Origin: an uncultured cyanobacterium
GTDB lineage: Bacteria > Cyanobacteriota > Cyanobacteriia > CAKZMO01
Direction: 5' to 3'
NCBI GenBank assembly: GCA_963719515.1
Contig: CAVRCJ010000019.1
Location: 1-64,000 of the forward strand
DNA length: 64,000 nucleotides
Below, piece after piece: positions 21,248-31,812 of the stretch. A program made the translations under genes and the position numbers. Numbering within the stretch: position 1 is the first letter of the stretch; each line of letters starts with the position of its first letter. The notes under the pieces are model-generated. The model was not told where the DNA came from. It saw only the letters and a program-made list of their open reading frames with translations, and made no database searches.

Positions 21248-23191
21248 CTATCCCATCTGGGGCTGCATTACAGGACGCAGCTTGATACGAACGGCGATCG
21301 CCGTAATATTGTCGTGGCCGTTGTGGTGGTTGGCGAGGCCGATTAAGTTGGCCACCCCCTGCTCCAAATTGGCTTGAGAGCTGAGCAGCTGCTCTAAATG
21401 GGTGTCGTAATGCTCCTCTAGAAGATCATTGTCCGTCAGCCCGTCGGACGCGAGGATAAAAACGGCATCTTCTGTAATAGGCATGTACTGAATATCGGGG
21501 CGGATAAACTCCTGGCTGCGAGGGCCGAGGGCTTGGGTCAGTTGATAGGCGTCCTGGCGCGAGTAGGCCACCTCTGGCTCAATGCCGCGGTGAATTTCCC
21601 GCTGTCCTACCTCGTGGTCTACCGTCAGCTGCTCTAGACCAAACTTGCGGCTTACCCGATAGAGGCGGCTGTCGCCGACGTGAGCGATCGCCACCTGCAG
21701 CCCTTGGACCAGCAGCATCACTAGGGTCGTTCCCATGCGCCGGTTACCCTGGGCATTGTTCTGCTGATTTTGCTCATAAATTGCTTGGTTTGCGAGCCGA
21801 ATACTCTCACTTAAGCTGGTCTCCGTGGGCAGCTGGGTTGTCCAAGACTGAAGCGACTTGCGCAGGGTTTCAACGGCGAGGCTGCTAGCGACCTCGCCTG
21901 AGGCATGTCCGCCCATCCCATCACACAAAATGTAGAGGCCCTTGGCGGTACAGGTGCGCCCCTCGGGTGAATCTCGCTTTTGAATGTCGGTTTGGATAAA
22001 AAAGCAGTCTTCATTGTGCTTCCGCATGCGGCCCACATCGGTGTGACCTGCGTCAGACAGACTGTAAAGCTGCATTGGCAGCACTACAGTGGGTAGGTCA
22101 TCTCCCTCATCAAAAGGATAGTCGGCAACTTGTTCAGCCTCTGCTGGTCGAGTCTGCGGGGCTGCTGCTTCAGCAGACGCCAGCGTCTGCTCATAAGCCG
22201 CTCTGACGGCATCAAGCCGCTGTTTAACGTTATCAAGGGTGGAATCTCCCGATGCGATCGCTTTAGAGAGCTCACGTAAGCCCTGGGGATAGCCGGGAAG
22301 ATCGGTTAGGACGTCAAAGAGCTGACGCCACAAGCTCCCCAAACGGCGCAGGGAATAGTCCTCACCGGGGCGGTTTTGATAAAGCCGCTTGAGGCATAGA
22401 ATCTGGTCTTCATCTACCCGCAGGTTGTCAGGGTCGAGCAAGCTTTGATGGCATTGATACGACGCTAAAAGCTCCCAAAGTCGCACCATGTCGTAAAGCC
22501 AGTGCAGTATCTGTTCACCGATCGCCGCCTCGACAGCTTCGCTGAGCAGGGGCAAACGTTCACGATTCTCTAAAACGAGGGCGCTATAGTCCTCACCGGT
22601 CCAAGCATCCTCAACCTGCGGGCAGGAAGGATAGAGCTCGTCTTGAAGCAGTAGATGAATGCGCACAAGCGTCGGCAGAGTCTTGAGAACTGATTCTAAA
22701 TCGTCAGATAGCGCCCCTGAGCTGGCGTCGACTAAAGCAGCATCTAGAAATGGGGGATTCGAGGGCTGCATATCGACAACCATAACTTCGATCTCCTGGC
22801 GAGCCGCGAGGGAAGGCAGGTCTAGCTGGGATGGGGCATCGCCCTCAGTGAGTCGTGACGGCTGCACCTGGTAACGCTCTGCCAAGCAGCGCTGTTGCGT
22901 AAGCTCCTGGGTCAAGGTAGCGGGTAGGTCAGCGTCAGAGCCCTCTGCTCTAGACTGCGAATCGGAAACCGAGAGAATCACTAGCTGCTGAGGCAGATTT
23001 GGCGAGACGCTGTGGCCCTTGGGCCCCAATGGTTTCTCGCTGTCCTGCCCTAGATCGTCCCGTTCGCGGCCGCTAGCAGTTTCGCCTAGGCTACCGGCGC
23101 TGCTAGGCCCTGACTGCAGGTCCGTCCCACAGTCCTGACAGAACCGATTTCTGTCGGGATTTTCAAACCTACATTCAGGACAAATAATCAT
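21248..23191 (-). CDS. PP2C-family Ser/Thr phosphatase with N-terminal double zinc ribbon and degenerate kinase-like region
   Basis: CPEC..FCQDCG; GRMRKHNED, CDGMGGH, HVGDSR, SDGL, GHDNIT. Confidence 0.9.
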   Translation of the reverse strand: MIICPECRFENPDRNRFCQDCGTDLQSGPSSAGSLGETASGRERDDLGQDSEKPLGPKGHSVSPNLPQQLVILSVSDSQSRAEGSDADLPATLTQELTQQRCLAERYQVQPSRLTEGDAPSQLDLPSLAARQEIEVMVVDMQPSNPPFLDAALVDASSGALSDDLESVLKTLPTLVRIHLLLQDELYPSCPQVEDAWTGEDYSALVLENRERLPLLSEAVEAAIGEQILHWLYDMVRLWELLASYQCHQSLLDPDNLRVDEDQILCLKRLYQNRPGEDYSLRRLGSLWRQLFDVLTDLPGYPQGLRELSKAIASGDSTLDNVKQRLDAVRAAYEQTLASAEAAAPQTRPAEAEQVADYPFDEGDDLPTVVLPMQLYSLSDAGHTDVGRMRKHNEDCFFIQTDIQKRDSPEGRTCTAKGLYILCDGMGGHASGEVASSLAVETLRKSLQSWTTQLPTETSLSESIRLANQAIYEQNQQNNAQGNRRMGTTLVMLLVQGLQVAIAHVGDSRLYRVSRKFGLEQLTVDHEVGQREIHRGIEPEVAYSRQDAYQLTQALGPRSQEFIRPDIQYMPITEDAVFILASDGLTDNDLLEEHYDTHLEQLLSSQANLEQGVANLIGLANHHNGHDNITAIAVRIKLRPVMQPQMG

Positions 23192-23455
23192 TAAGGGGAC
23201 GTCCTATTCTTCACAGTCATCAACAGTCTGCACAGGAGCTATAGCGTTCCTCACGCTGGAGGAGTACGGTGGGGGGCAGCGCGGTGCACCGTCACCCGCC
23301 AATCCGTACATCACGTGAGCAAGAATTGCTGTAGGCAAGTCCTATGCAAATAAAGTTTTAATACCGGTCTAACTTTACTCTTTTGTAGCAAAGCAGCCCT
23401 GGGTCAGGATGATTTCAATAAGTTTTGATATCGACTAGGCTTGATGTTAACAAAC

Positions 23456-24166
23456 TTAATCTCGGCGATTGCGCCGCTTCTGGCCTCGCCGTCCCTGATT
23501 TTGTCGCCCTCGACTCTGCCCCTGATTCTGCTGGCGCGAACTGCGCTTGAGCTGACTGACCTCCTGCAGAGATAGATCTCGCCACTCTCCTGGGGCTAGG
23601 GTACCAAGATTGAGGGTAGCGATCGCGACTCGAATCAATCGCAGGGTGGGAAACCCTACGGCGGCGGTCATCCGCCTGATCTGGCGATTACGCCCCTCCG
23701 TCAGCGTCAGCTCTAGCCAAGCCGTCGGAACCGTTTTTCGGTAGCGAATGGGGGGATTGCGAGGCAGCACGGCGGGCGGTGAAATCGGGCGTACGGCGGC
23801 GCGGCGGGTCCGGTAGTCTTGGATGACAAGACCGTCTCGCAGTCGCGCTAGTGCCGACTCGTCAGGGACGCGCTCGACCTGAACCCAGTAGGTTTTGGGG
23901 TGGTCAAACTTAGGGTGGGAAAGCTGATGCTGAAAGCGCCCGTCGCTCGTCAACAGCAGGAGGCCCTCGCTGTCGCGATCGAGGCGACCTACCGGATAGA
24001 CTTGAGACACCGGCACAAATGCCCCCAGGGTCATTCGCCCTGCCGTATCGGTGAATTGGGAGAGCACGTCATAGGGCTTATTGAAGACTAAGTAGCGATG
24101 GCCCTTTGAAATCGGCCCCACGCCTCCCCAGTCCCGAGGGCGGTCACTCAGAATCCCGTCGTCCAT
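23456..24166 (-). CDS. rluE: rRNA pseudouridine synthase, RluE-like
   Basis: FNKPYDVL, VGRLDRDSEGLLLL, EGRNRQIRRM; no S4 domain. Confidence 0.85.
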   Translation of the reverse strand: MDDGILSDRPRDWGGVGPISKGHRYLVFNKPYDVLSQFTDTAGRMTLGAFVPVSQVYPVGRLDRDSEGLLLLTSDGRFQHQLSHPKFDHPKTYWVQVERVPDESALARLRDGLVIQDYRTRRAAVRPISPPAVLPRNPPIRYRKTVPTAWLELTLTEGRNRQIRRMTAAVGFPTLRLIRVAIATLNLGTLAPGEWRDLSLQEVSQLKRSSRQQNQGQSRGRQNQGRRGQKRRNRRD

Positions 24167-24319
24167 ATCGCAGCGAAATTCGATGACGATAACTCAACTT
24201 ATGTGAAGGCATGTATCGACTCTATTAAGAAGCACTTAGCGATCGCCCTCAAGGCAGAGCAGAGCTTCTACCCTGGGAATATTCCGACACAATTGGTGGA
24301 CAAGGCCAACTCGTTAACC

Positions 24320-24637
24320 ATGAGCATAAACAATTTTCAGCGTTACCGTATGTTCTGTACGCTCTCCTTCGGAGACATCTACGGCCAGATCATCATTTGG
24401 CTCTTGGTCATCTTCCTGAGTTTGGCGGCTGCCTTGGCGCTAATGGGAACAAGTCGCCCAATCTACGCCCTGACGACCGTGGGCCTGATTTTGGTGCTGT
24501 CTCTACCCTTTTTGCTGTTTGCGTTTGTGACGACGCTGCTGAACCACATTGAGTTCAAGGCTGTAGATGAGGCGTCGTCCACCACAGAAGCTTCTGCCAG
24601 AGCGCGAGCAGGCCAACCCGCTAAAGCTGCTGGGTAG
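24320..24637 (+). CDS. Conserved two-TM cyanobacterial membrane protein
   Basis: CTLSFGDIYGQII, two hydrophobic helices; stop overlaps the sdhA GTG. Confidence 0.75.
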   Translation: MSINNFQRYRMFCTLSFGDIYGQIIIWLLVIFLSLAAALALMGTSRPIYALTTVGLILVLSLPFLLFAFVTTLLNHIEFKAVDEASSTTEASARARAGQPAKAAG

Positions 24638-26361
24638 TGGACCATGACGTCGTCATCGTTGGTGGTGGACTTGCCGGATCTCGGGCGGCGCTAGAAATCT
24701 CTCGCTGCGCCCCCCACCTCAGCGTTGCCCTTGTGGCGAAAACTCACCCTATTCGCTCCCACTCGGTTGCCGCCCAAGGGGGGATCGCGGCAGCGCTCAA
24801 AAACGTTGATGGCGATGACACCTGGGAGGCCCACGCCTTTGATACCGTCAAGGGGTCAGACTACCTAGCCGACCAGGATGCTGTCGCCATCTTGACCCAG
24901 AGCGCTCCGGGAGTGGTTATCGACCTGGAGCACATGGGAGTGCTGTTCTCGCGGCTGTCAGATGGTCGGGTGGCGCAGCGCGCTTTTGGGGGCCATAGCT
25001 ACCGCCGCACCTGCTACGCTGCCGACAAGACAGGGCACGCTATTCTCCACGAGCTGATCTGTAATCTGCGTCGTAACGGCGTCGTGCTCTACGACGAATG
25101 GTACGTGATGCGGCTCATCCTGGACGACGGGCAGGCAAAAGGCGTCGTCATGTACCGCATTCGCGACGGGGAGCTAGCCGTGGTGCGGGCCAAGGCCGTG
25201 CTGTTCGCCACCGGAGGATACGGACGCACCTACAACACCACCTCTAACGACTATGCTTCTACCGGAGACGGGCTGGCTATGACCGCAGCCGCCGGTCTTC
25301 CACTCGAAGATATGGAGTTCGTTCAGTTCCACCCCACGGGGCTTTTCCCTGTGGGGGTATTGGTGTCGGAAGCGGTGCGGGGAGAGGGAGCCTACCTCAT
25401 CAACAGCGAAGGCGATCGCTTCATGGCCGCCTATGCCCCCAATCAGATGGAGCTCGCCCCCCGCGACATCACCTCGCGGGCCATCGTCAAGGAAATTCGC
25501 GCCGGGCGGGGCATTACGGCAGACGGTGAGGCCGGGGGGACCTGCGTCCATCTCGACGTGCGCCACCTCGGTCAGCAGCGCATTATGAACCGAATTCCCT
25601 TTTGCTGGGAGGAGGCCCATCGCCTGCTGGGGGTGGACGCGGTGCATCAGCCCATCCCCGTGCGGCCGACGGCTCACTACTCCATGGGGGGCATTCCCGT
25701 GACGACAGAGGGGCAGGTACGCCGCAGCGCTAGCCAGGTGGTAGAAGGCTTTTTTGCGGCGGGGGAGAGCGCCTGCGTCTCGGTTCACGGGGCTAACCGT
25801 CTGGGCAGCAATTCGCTATTGGAATGCGTGGTCTACGGGCAGCGGGTGGGAGCAGCGATCGCTCGCTACGCCGAGACCTGTAAGTACCCTGAAGTCGATG
25901 AGGCCGCCTATCTCTCCCAGGCCAGACAGACGCTGTCCTCGCTCCTAAACCAGTCCGGTCCCTACCGGATTGCTGAAGTTAGGCAGGCCTTTCAGGACTG
26001 CATGAGCGCGCACTGCGGCGTGTTTCGCACCGAGGAGGTCATTCAACAGGGCCTGTCTCAGCTCGAGGAGATCAAAGTGCGGCTGGGCCAGGTACGGCTG
26101 GACGACAAGCAGCTGTTGTGGAATACCGAGCTGACCGAGGCGATGGAGCTAGGCAGCCTAATTCGGGTGGGCGAAATCATCATGACGTCAGCCCTCGCGC
26201 GGCGGGAGAGTCGCGGAGCCCACAGCCGAGAGGACTATCCCCAGCGAGACGATGCCAACTTCCTCAACCATACGCTGGCCTACGCTTCACCAAGCGGCGT
26301 CGACGTTCGATATATGCCGGTCGTCATTGAGCAGTTCCCGCCCAAAGAGCGAAAATACTAG
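24637..26361 (+). CDS. sdhA: Succinate dehydrogenase/fumarate reductase flavoprotein
   Basis: GGGLAG, RSHSVAAQGG (FAD His), QFHPT, HYSMGG, HGANRLG, RESRGAH. Confidence 0.95.
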   Translation: MDHDVVIVGGGLAGSRAALEISRCAPHLSVALVAKTHPIRSHSVAAQGGIAAALKNVDGDDTWEAHAFDTVKGSDYLADQDAVAILTQSAPGVVIDLEHMGVLFSRLSDGRVAQRAFGGHSYRRTCYAADKTGHAILHELICNLRRNGVVLYDEWYVMRLILDDGQAKGVVMYRIRDGELAVVRAKAVLFATGGYGRTYNTTSNDYASTGDGLAMTAAAGLPLEDMEFVQFHPTGLFPVGVLVSEAVRGEGAYLINSEGDRFMAAYAPNQMELAPRDITSRAIVKEIRAGRGITADGEAGGTCVHLDVRHLGQQRIMNRIPFCWEEAHRLLGVDAVHQPIPVRPTAHYSMGGIPVTTEGQVRRSASQVVEGFFAAGESACVSVHGANRLGSNSLLECVVYGQRVGAAIARYAETCKYPEVDEAAYLSQARQTLSSLLNQSGPYRIAEVRQAFQDCMSAHCGVFRTEEVIQQGLSQLEEIKVRLGQVRLDDKQLLWNTELTEAMELGSLIRVGEIIMTSALARRESRGAHSREDYPQRDDANFLNHTLAYASPSGVDVRYMPVVIEQFPPKERKY

Positions 26362-26431
26362 CCTGCTCTGGCGAAGTTGATCCTTTTCTAGGTCGGGAAC
26401 ACCTGCGCCGCACCTCTTTAAAGCTGCGACT

Positions 26432-27493
26432 CTACCGAACCAGGAGATTCGCGGCGCTGTTGTTGTAGCCCACAACGACGCCGTTGCGCAGATCAACCGT
26501 ACTCCTGCCGTAATGCAGGACTTCTTCACAAAGGGACGCGCGGCGTTGAATTTGGGTGGGGGTTCGCTGGGCTTGAAAGACCTCTTGTCGATGCGACCCA
26601 ACGCTCCAGCCTTGAGTCGCTGAGGCTTCGGCTGCATTTAAGACCGGGGCGACAGAGACGCTCAGCGTTCTATCGAAATTACTGTAAGCCACGACCCGGT
26701 CGCCTCGTAGTTCAACAAAGTCGTCACCGTAGTAGAGGACTTCCATATCGAGAGAGTCATAGCGGTTGACGCGGCCCGGCGTCCCCTGGATGGCGTACAC
26801 CGCTTCTTTTGCAGAGCCCAATGTCCAAAAGTCTTCCTCCGCCAGCTGCTGAGCCACAACGACGTCTAAAGCAGAGGCCTGAAGGTTGTCGTCGACGTCG
26901 CTGTATTTACTGACGATGCCGTGTAAAAGCTCTACCTGGCTATCACCGTAGTACAAAATCTCCTTGCACTGGGTATCCAGTTGAACGATGCGAGAGGGCT
27001 CCCCTTCGATCGCCGTCACCACTTCTCGAACAGAGTTTTTGGACCAAACGCTGGCCGTAGTTTCCTTGGCGGGACGAGTGACGGTGTTGTCCTGGGCATA
27101 GTTGAGGTTGCGTTGATACTCGCCCACTTTGTTTTGTGCAAGGGCGTAGCGCTGATTTTCGGCGGGCACGGCCTGCATCATGTCGATGGCCTCCTGCCAC
27201 AGAGTCGCCACCGCGTGCCACTCTTCGCGAAACTTAGCAGACTGAGTGAGCTCCGCAGCCGCCATCGCCTTGTTGACGGCTATGCGAAATGCCTCTGATG
27301 TGGTCCTTTGAGGCTGCTTTAAAAGCGCTAAGTCTGAGGGTATATGCCCAGTTATCACTGCCGCTGCCGCCACTAGGCCCAGCATCGCTAGCCCCGGACC
27401 AGCCAAGCCCTCTCGCCGAGCAACGGAACGACGGCTCGCCCTATAAGGACTGGAGGACTCTAAATTCGCCTGCGATCGCGCTCGTCGGCCCAT
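26432..27493 (-). CDS. Membrane-anchored protein with helical domain and three ~58-aa repeats
   Basis: One TM segment; three WxxxS..V.AxxxxP..ExLxYG..VxL..VxxY repeats. Confidence 0.75.
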   Translation of the reverse strand: MGRRARSQANLESSSPYRASRRSVARREGLAGPGLAMLGLVAAAAVITGHIPSDLALLKQPQRTTSEAFRIAVNKAMAAAELTQSAKFREEWHAVATLWQEAIDMMQAVPAENQRYALAQNKVGEYQRNLNYAQDNTVTRPAKETTASVWSKNSVREVVTAIEGEPSRIVQLDTQCKEILYYGDSQVELLHGIVSKYSDVDDNLQASALDVVVAQQLAEEDFWTLGSAKEAVYAIQGTPGRVNRYDSLDMEVLYYGDDFVELRGDRVVAYSNFDRTLSVSVAPVLNAAEASATQGWSVGSHRQEVFQAQRTPTQIQRRASLCEEVLHYGRSTVDLRNGVVVGYNNSAANLLVR

Positions 27494-28412
27494 AGTTCAA
27501 ACAACTGTATCGATACACGACTGATTCTAATGACAGACAATGCAGCTGAGCGTCTCTGCTAGATTCGCGCCCAACCAGTGACGTTAGCAGCTTTGTCGTC
27601 TGCTGCGGTGTTTGTCAGTCAAGTCTTGGTGATCAAACCACCTAAATGCCCGGATCGCCTCTCAGCTGCCGCGAATAGTTGTAGTAACTACTGCAGTGCC
27701 GAGCGCCGAACTGTGCGTTGACAATAGCTCAACCCATTGACTTTCACCAAAGTTAGCATAGCGCTAAGCAGACCGCTCCCCATTTAGAGCGTTGCGCCGC
27801 TCGTATATCCTTTCTTCGGAGTTTTATTCGCCGTGGCTTAGCTAATTCTATGATCAGTTACCAGCGATTTTAGGCCTTTGCCCATCAAGTCTAAATCTTC
27901 TGGCAAACTCTACGAAGCCTACGCAATGTTTTTCCCTTTTGCACCATGCTTTATCGGTTTTGTGGTATGTAAGGTGGTCAGTAAAGAAACTTGGCAATAT
28001 ATATTTCCTCTTAGGCTTGCGGACTGTGGATCGGCCTGTATATAGAGGCTAATATGAGAACACAGGTGCTCAGAGTAATGCTGATTTTGCACTTCGCCGA
28101 CTGTGGCGACAGAAGCCACAGCTTCAGTAGATTGATCGGGACTTGCGGAACTTGTAAAAAGTGAGCCGGATTTGGCTCTGGCCCCGGTCTTCGGACGCTT
28201 TGAATCCGAAGTTCTTCAGAGTTGAAGATTCTCAAAGTCCTTCTAGCAGGCCTCTTCGGACCTGCTAGGAAAAAAGGCCTGGCGCGTGAACTCTATTGTG
28301 AGACCTGTTGCAAACGCTCTCAGTCTACTAGCTAGCAGTGGGGCCGCCATCCTAGGGGGTTAGCCTCAACAGCGATCTGCTTGTACCTAGTCACCCTTCA
28401 CTTTGATACCCT

Positions 28413-29756
28413 TTGATGATCTACTCTTCCCTTACTCATCTTGCTCGGACCATTGCTTTAAGTAGCGCTCTGACTACCGCTGCTGCCGGAGTTTGTTTGG
28501 TGCTGCCCGGCTTTGCGCTAGATGCCGACCAGGGGTCAGACTCTACGCTGGTAGATAGTCCCAAAGCTGTTTTGGATGAGGCATGGCAGATCGTCAATCG
28601 GGATTACGTCGATCCCGACTTTAACCAAACGGACTGGCGCGTCATTCGAGAGCGCCTTCTTGGTAGAGACTATAGCTCTATGGAGAGCGCCTATACCGCT
28701 CTCAAGCGTGCGCTTGGGACGCTTGACGATCCCTATACCCGGTTTATGGAGCCGCAGCAGTATGCTGAGTTAACCAGTCAAACCTCCGGAGAATTTTCAG
28801 GCATCGGCCTACAGCTCCAGGTTCATCCGGTAACCGGGATTCTAACCGTTCTTTTGCCCCTTGACGACTCCCCGGCTCGGCAGGCCGGCATTCAGGCCGG
28901 CGATCGCATTCTAGAGATTGAGGGGCAGTCGACCGAGAACATGAACGTGGAAGGGGCCGCCCAGCTGATTCGAGGGGAAGCCGGGACGTCGCTGATGCTG
29001 CGAATTGAGCGAGGCGGTCAGCAGACGTCAAGAGAATTTGACGTATCGGTAACGCGGGCCGTGCTGGCCGTGCCTGCGGTCACCTCTGCACTGCGGGCAG
29101 AGCAAGACATTCAAGTTGGATACATCTACCTGAGCGAATTTAGTGCCCACGCCTCTGAGCAGATGGATCAGGCCATCCGAACGCTTCTAGATCAAGGAGC
29201 AGATGCGTTTGTCCTAGATCTACGGGGCAACCCTGGAGGCCTGCTTCAGTCCAGTATTGAAATTTCTCGGATGTGGCTGGGCCAAGGCGTAATCGTGCAG
29301 ACCGTCGATCGCAACGGGACTAGTGAAGACAGCTACGCCAACAATACGGCGCTCACCGACCTTCCTCTGGCAGTTTTGGTCGACGAGCGCTCTGCAAGCT
29401 CCAGCGAAATCTTGACCGGCGCGCTTCAGGACAACAATCGCGCCCTTGTCTTGGGAACGCAGACGTTCGGCAAAGCTCTAGTGCAGGCCGTGCATGGATT
29501 GGGGGATGGATCGGGGCTAGCGGTGACGGTCGCCCATTACTACACCCCTAAGGGCACAGACATTAGCGATTTGGGCATCACGCCCTCGGTGGAGCTAGCG
29601 CTGACGCCCGCTCAGCGCCGAACCCTCTCGGCCAACCCCGAGCAGCGCGGAACTCTGGCTGACCCCTACTACCGGGAGGCCGTCACTGTGCTGCGACCGG
29701 CAATATTAGCGGGCTATCAGCAAACTGAGCTGTCGCGATCGCTAGCAGGAGAGTAG
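28413..29756 (+). CDS. Carboxyl-terminal processing protease (S41, CtpA/CtpB family)
   Basis: DPYTRF, PDZ GIGL, LDLRGNPGG, SASSSEI, TFGKALVQ. Confidence 0.92.
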   Translation: MMIYSSLTHLARTIALSSALTTAAAGVCLVLPGFALDADQGSDSTLVDSPKAVLDEAWQIVNRDYVDPDFNQTDWRVIRERLLGRDYSSMESAYTALKRALGTLDDPYTRFMEPQQYAELTSQTSGEFSGIGLQLQVHPVTGILTVLLPLDDSPARQAGIQAGDRILEIEGQSTENMNVEGAAQLIRGEAGTSLMLRIERGGQQTSREFDVSVTRAVLAVPAVTSALRAEQDIQVGYIYLSEFSAHASEQMDQAIRTLLDQGADAFVLDLRGNPGGLLQSSIEISRMWLGQGVIVQTVDRNGTSEDSYANNTALTDLPLAVLVDERSASSSEILTGALQDNNRALVLGTQTFGKALVQAVHGLGDGSGLAVTVAHYYTPKGTDISDLGITPSVELALTPAQRRTLSANPEQRGTLADPYYREAVTVLRPAILAGYQQTELSRSLAGE

Positions 29757-29829
29757 CTTTACTGTAGCGGTCCCGCTATACGCTATGGAGACGCTACAGA
29801 GGCAATCGCGAGCGGGCTAGACCTGCAGG

Positions 29830-30168
29830 CTAAGACTTGCTGAACTCTAGACCATTTTCCTTGCCGTATCGCTCCATGAAGCGCATAAAGCGATCCCAGT
29901 CTTGGACGCTCTTGATGGCGTAGACGGCCTCAATGGCGGCGGGCTGACCGTTGACGAATTTGCCGTTCACGTCTCGAGTTGACATCTCCCCTTCTTCATC
30001 CATCAGATACATGCCGGTGATGTCTTCCATACTCCCGTCGGTAAGCACCTTGGGATGATCGAAATAGAAGGTCGCTGTTCCATTCGTACCGTCCTTTGAA
30101 CGAGTGAGACGGATGTCGGGAACCACCTCTTCGGGTGAACCTCCTAGGGAAAATTGAATTCTCGCCAT
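29830..30168 (-). CDS. psb28: Photosystem II assembly factor Psb28
   Basis: [30 protein letters not shown]. Confidence 0.95.
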   Translation of the reverse strand: MARIQFSLGGSPEEVVPDIRLTRSKDGTNGTATFYFDHPKVLTDGSMEDITGMYLMDEEGEMSTRDVNGKFVNGQPAAIEAVYAIKSVQDWDRFMRFMERYGKENGLEFSKS

Positions 30169-30258
30169 GGCTTCCTATTACCGTTATCCTTAAAAAGCTA
30201 TTTTTTTATCATCTCATGCCAGGTAACAAATCATGCCAGGTCACAATCGTGGGTTTCC

Positions 30259-31785
30259 TCAAGGAAGCGCCACGATAAACGGAGAGCCTAGAGCAGGAGC
30301 CTGACTGCGGAGAACTAAACCCTGATACACCATCACCGAGACTTCAGCGCGGGTGACGGCCCGCAGCGGCTCTAGAAACTCGGGTCTGGGGTGATTGACG
30401 ACGAGCCGATGACGGGTGACCGCCGCCACTGCTGTAGTGGCCCAGCTCGGAATTTCAGCGCGATCGCGGTAAAGGGCCAAGTTGTCTAAAGGACCACCGA
30501 TCAGCTGTAGGCCGCTATTGAGAGCGAGCAGCGTTTGCAGGCGGGTGAGCGAGGCATTGGGTCGGAAGGTGCCGTCGGGGAACCCGCTGATAAACCCCAT
30601 GCGGGTTGCCTGTTGGATAGCGGCGCTGGCCCAAAAGTTCGGACTGATATCAATAAAAGGCGGAGCAACCCGGCGAGTAGGCAGGTCGAACCCCTGGGTG
30701 AGTAGAACGGCATACTGCGCCCGCGTCAGCGGGTCATTGGGGCGAAAGGTGCCGTCGGGAAACCCCCGAATGACGCTGCGCTCAACTAGCGCAGTAATAA
30801 ATGGACGGGCCCAAGAGTCGAAAATATCGGGAAAGGGGGCCGGAGGTAGCGAATTGGAATCCTCAATAGGGCGAGGTAGGGGCGGGGCGAGGGCCCGTAC
30901 GGGGGGCGGTAGTTCGATCGCCTCAAAAACAACTGAACCGCTGACGCGAGATGGATTGAGCTGATTTCCCGCCGATACCAGCACGCTGGCGCTGGTGTTC
31001 TGGACATCAAAGCGGCCGCTCGCCTCAAAACTGTTGCCGCCAGAACTTTGGGCATCCCCCAAATCGGGCTTGGCTTGGTCAAGCACCGTCAGTCCATCGA
31101 CGCGGTTGCGCAGCACCTGATTCTCTCGCAGCACCGGACGCGAGGCGCGGGATAGCACGATACCGGAGCGATTCTCCAGCAAGCGATTGCCGATGATCAA
31201 GGGGGCAGCGCTGTCGCTGACGGCAATCCCAAACCCCGTGTCGCGGCAGAGGTTTTCCCTCACTTCCCCTTTGGCCTGACGCATCAGGAAAATGCCGCTA
31301 GCACCGTTGCGCTCAAAAATTGAGTTGCTGATCAAGGGACGGCCTGTGCCCAGAACGAAGATGCCCTCTCGGCGGCAGTCTTGGAGACGACAATTTTGGA
31401 CAACGGGACTTGTGGACTCTATCCAGACGCCGGTCCCATTCGGCTGCGGATTGCTGACCGCAACTCCCTGTAGGGCGGCTCTGTCTCCGAGGACAACGGT
31501 CGCAGACTGAGGGCCAAAGGTGGGGCTATCGTGGCGGCCTCCCCCCAAAAGCACCGTATCGCGCCCTTGAACCGCCTCATTTCCCAGCAAGGTGACCTGG
31601 TCGGGGACGCGGATGGGAAAGGTCTCGTCCCGGTAGGTTCCGGGCGCTAGCTTGAGCCTATCCCCGGCCCTCAGCTGCCCTAGCGAATGGGTGATGGACC
31701 GGAAAGGCTCGGCGGATGACCCAGAGCCGCGATCGCGCCCTCGAACAGGGTCGACAAAGCGCGTCAAGGCTGGAGATTGAACCAT
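30259..31785 (-). CDS. DUF1565 beta-helix protein with three SLH domains
   Basis: FVDPVRGRD..GSGS..PFRSIT, PbH1 repeats, GFPDGTFRPN SLH motifs; the upstream ORF extension lies inside the IS end. Confidence 0.85.
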   Translation of the reverse strand: MVQSPALTRFVDPVRGRDRGSGSSAEPFRSITHSLGQLRAGDRLKLAPGTYRDETFPIRVPDQVTLLGNEAVQGRDTVLLGGGRHDSPTFGPQSATVVLGDRAALQGVAVSNPQPNGTGVWIESTSPVVQNCRLQDCRREGIFVLGTGRPLISNSIFERNGASGIFLMRQAKGEVRENLCRDTGFGIAVSDSAAPLIIGNRLLENRSGIVLSRASRPVLRENQVLRNRVDGLTVLDQAKPDLGDAQSSGGNSFEASGRFDVQNTSASVLVSAGNQLNPSRVSGSVVFEAIELPPPVRALAPPLPRPIEDSNSLPPAPFPDIFDSWARPFITALVERSVIRGFPDGTFRPNDPLTRAQYAVLLTQGFDLPTRRVAPPFIDISPNFWASAAIQQATRMGFISGFPDGTFRPNASLTRLQTLLALNSGLQLIGGPLDNLALYRDRAEIPSWATTAVAAVTRHRLVVNHPRPEFLEPLRAVTRAEVSVMVYQGLVLRSQAPALGSPFIVALP

Positions 31786-31812
31786 GGCGATGAGGTAAAA
31801 GACAAAACAATC

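Noticed and set aside
28241..28276. Intrinsic terminator
   Set aside because: The A-tract is 3' of the stem on the plus strand, so neither strand has a U-tract after the hairpin; kept only as part of the structured-RNA candidate
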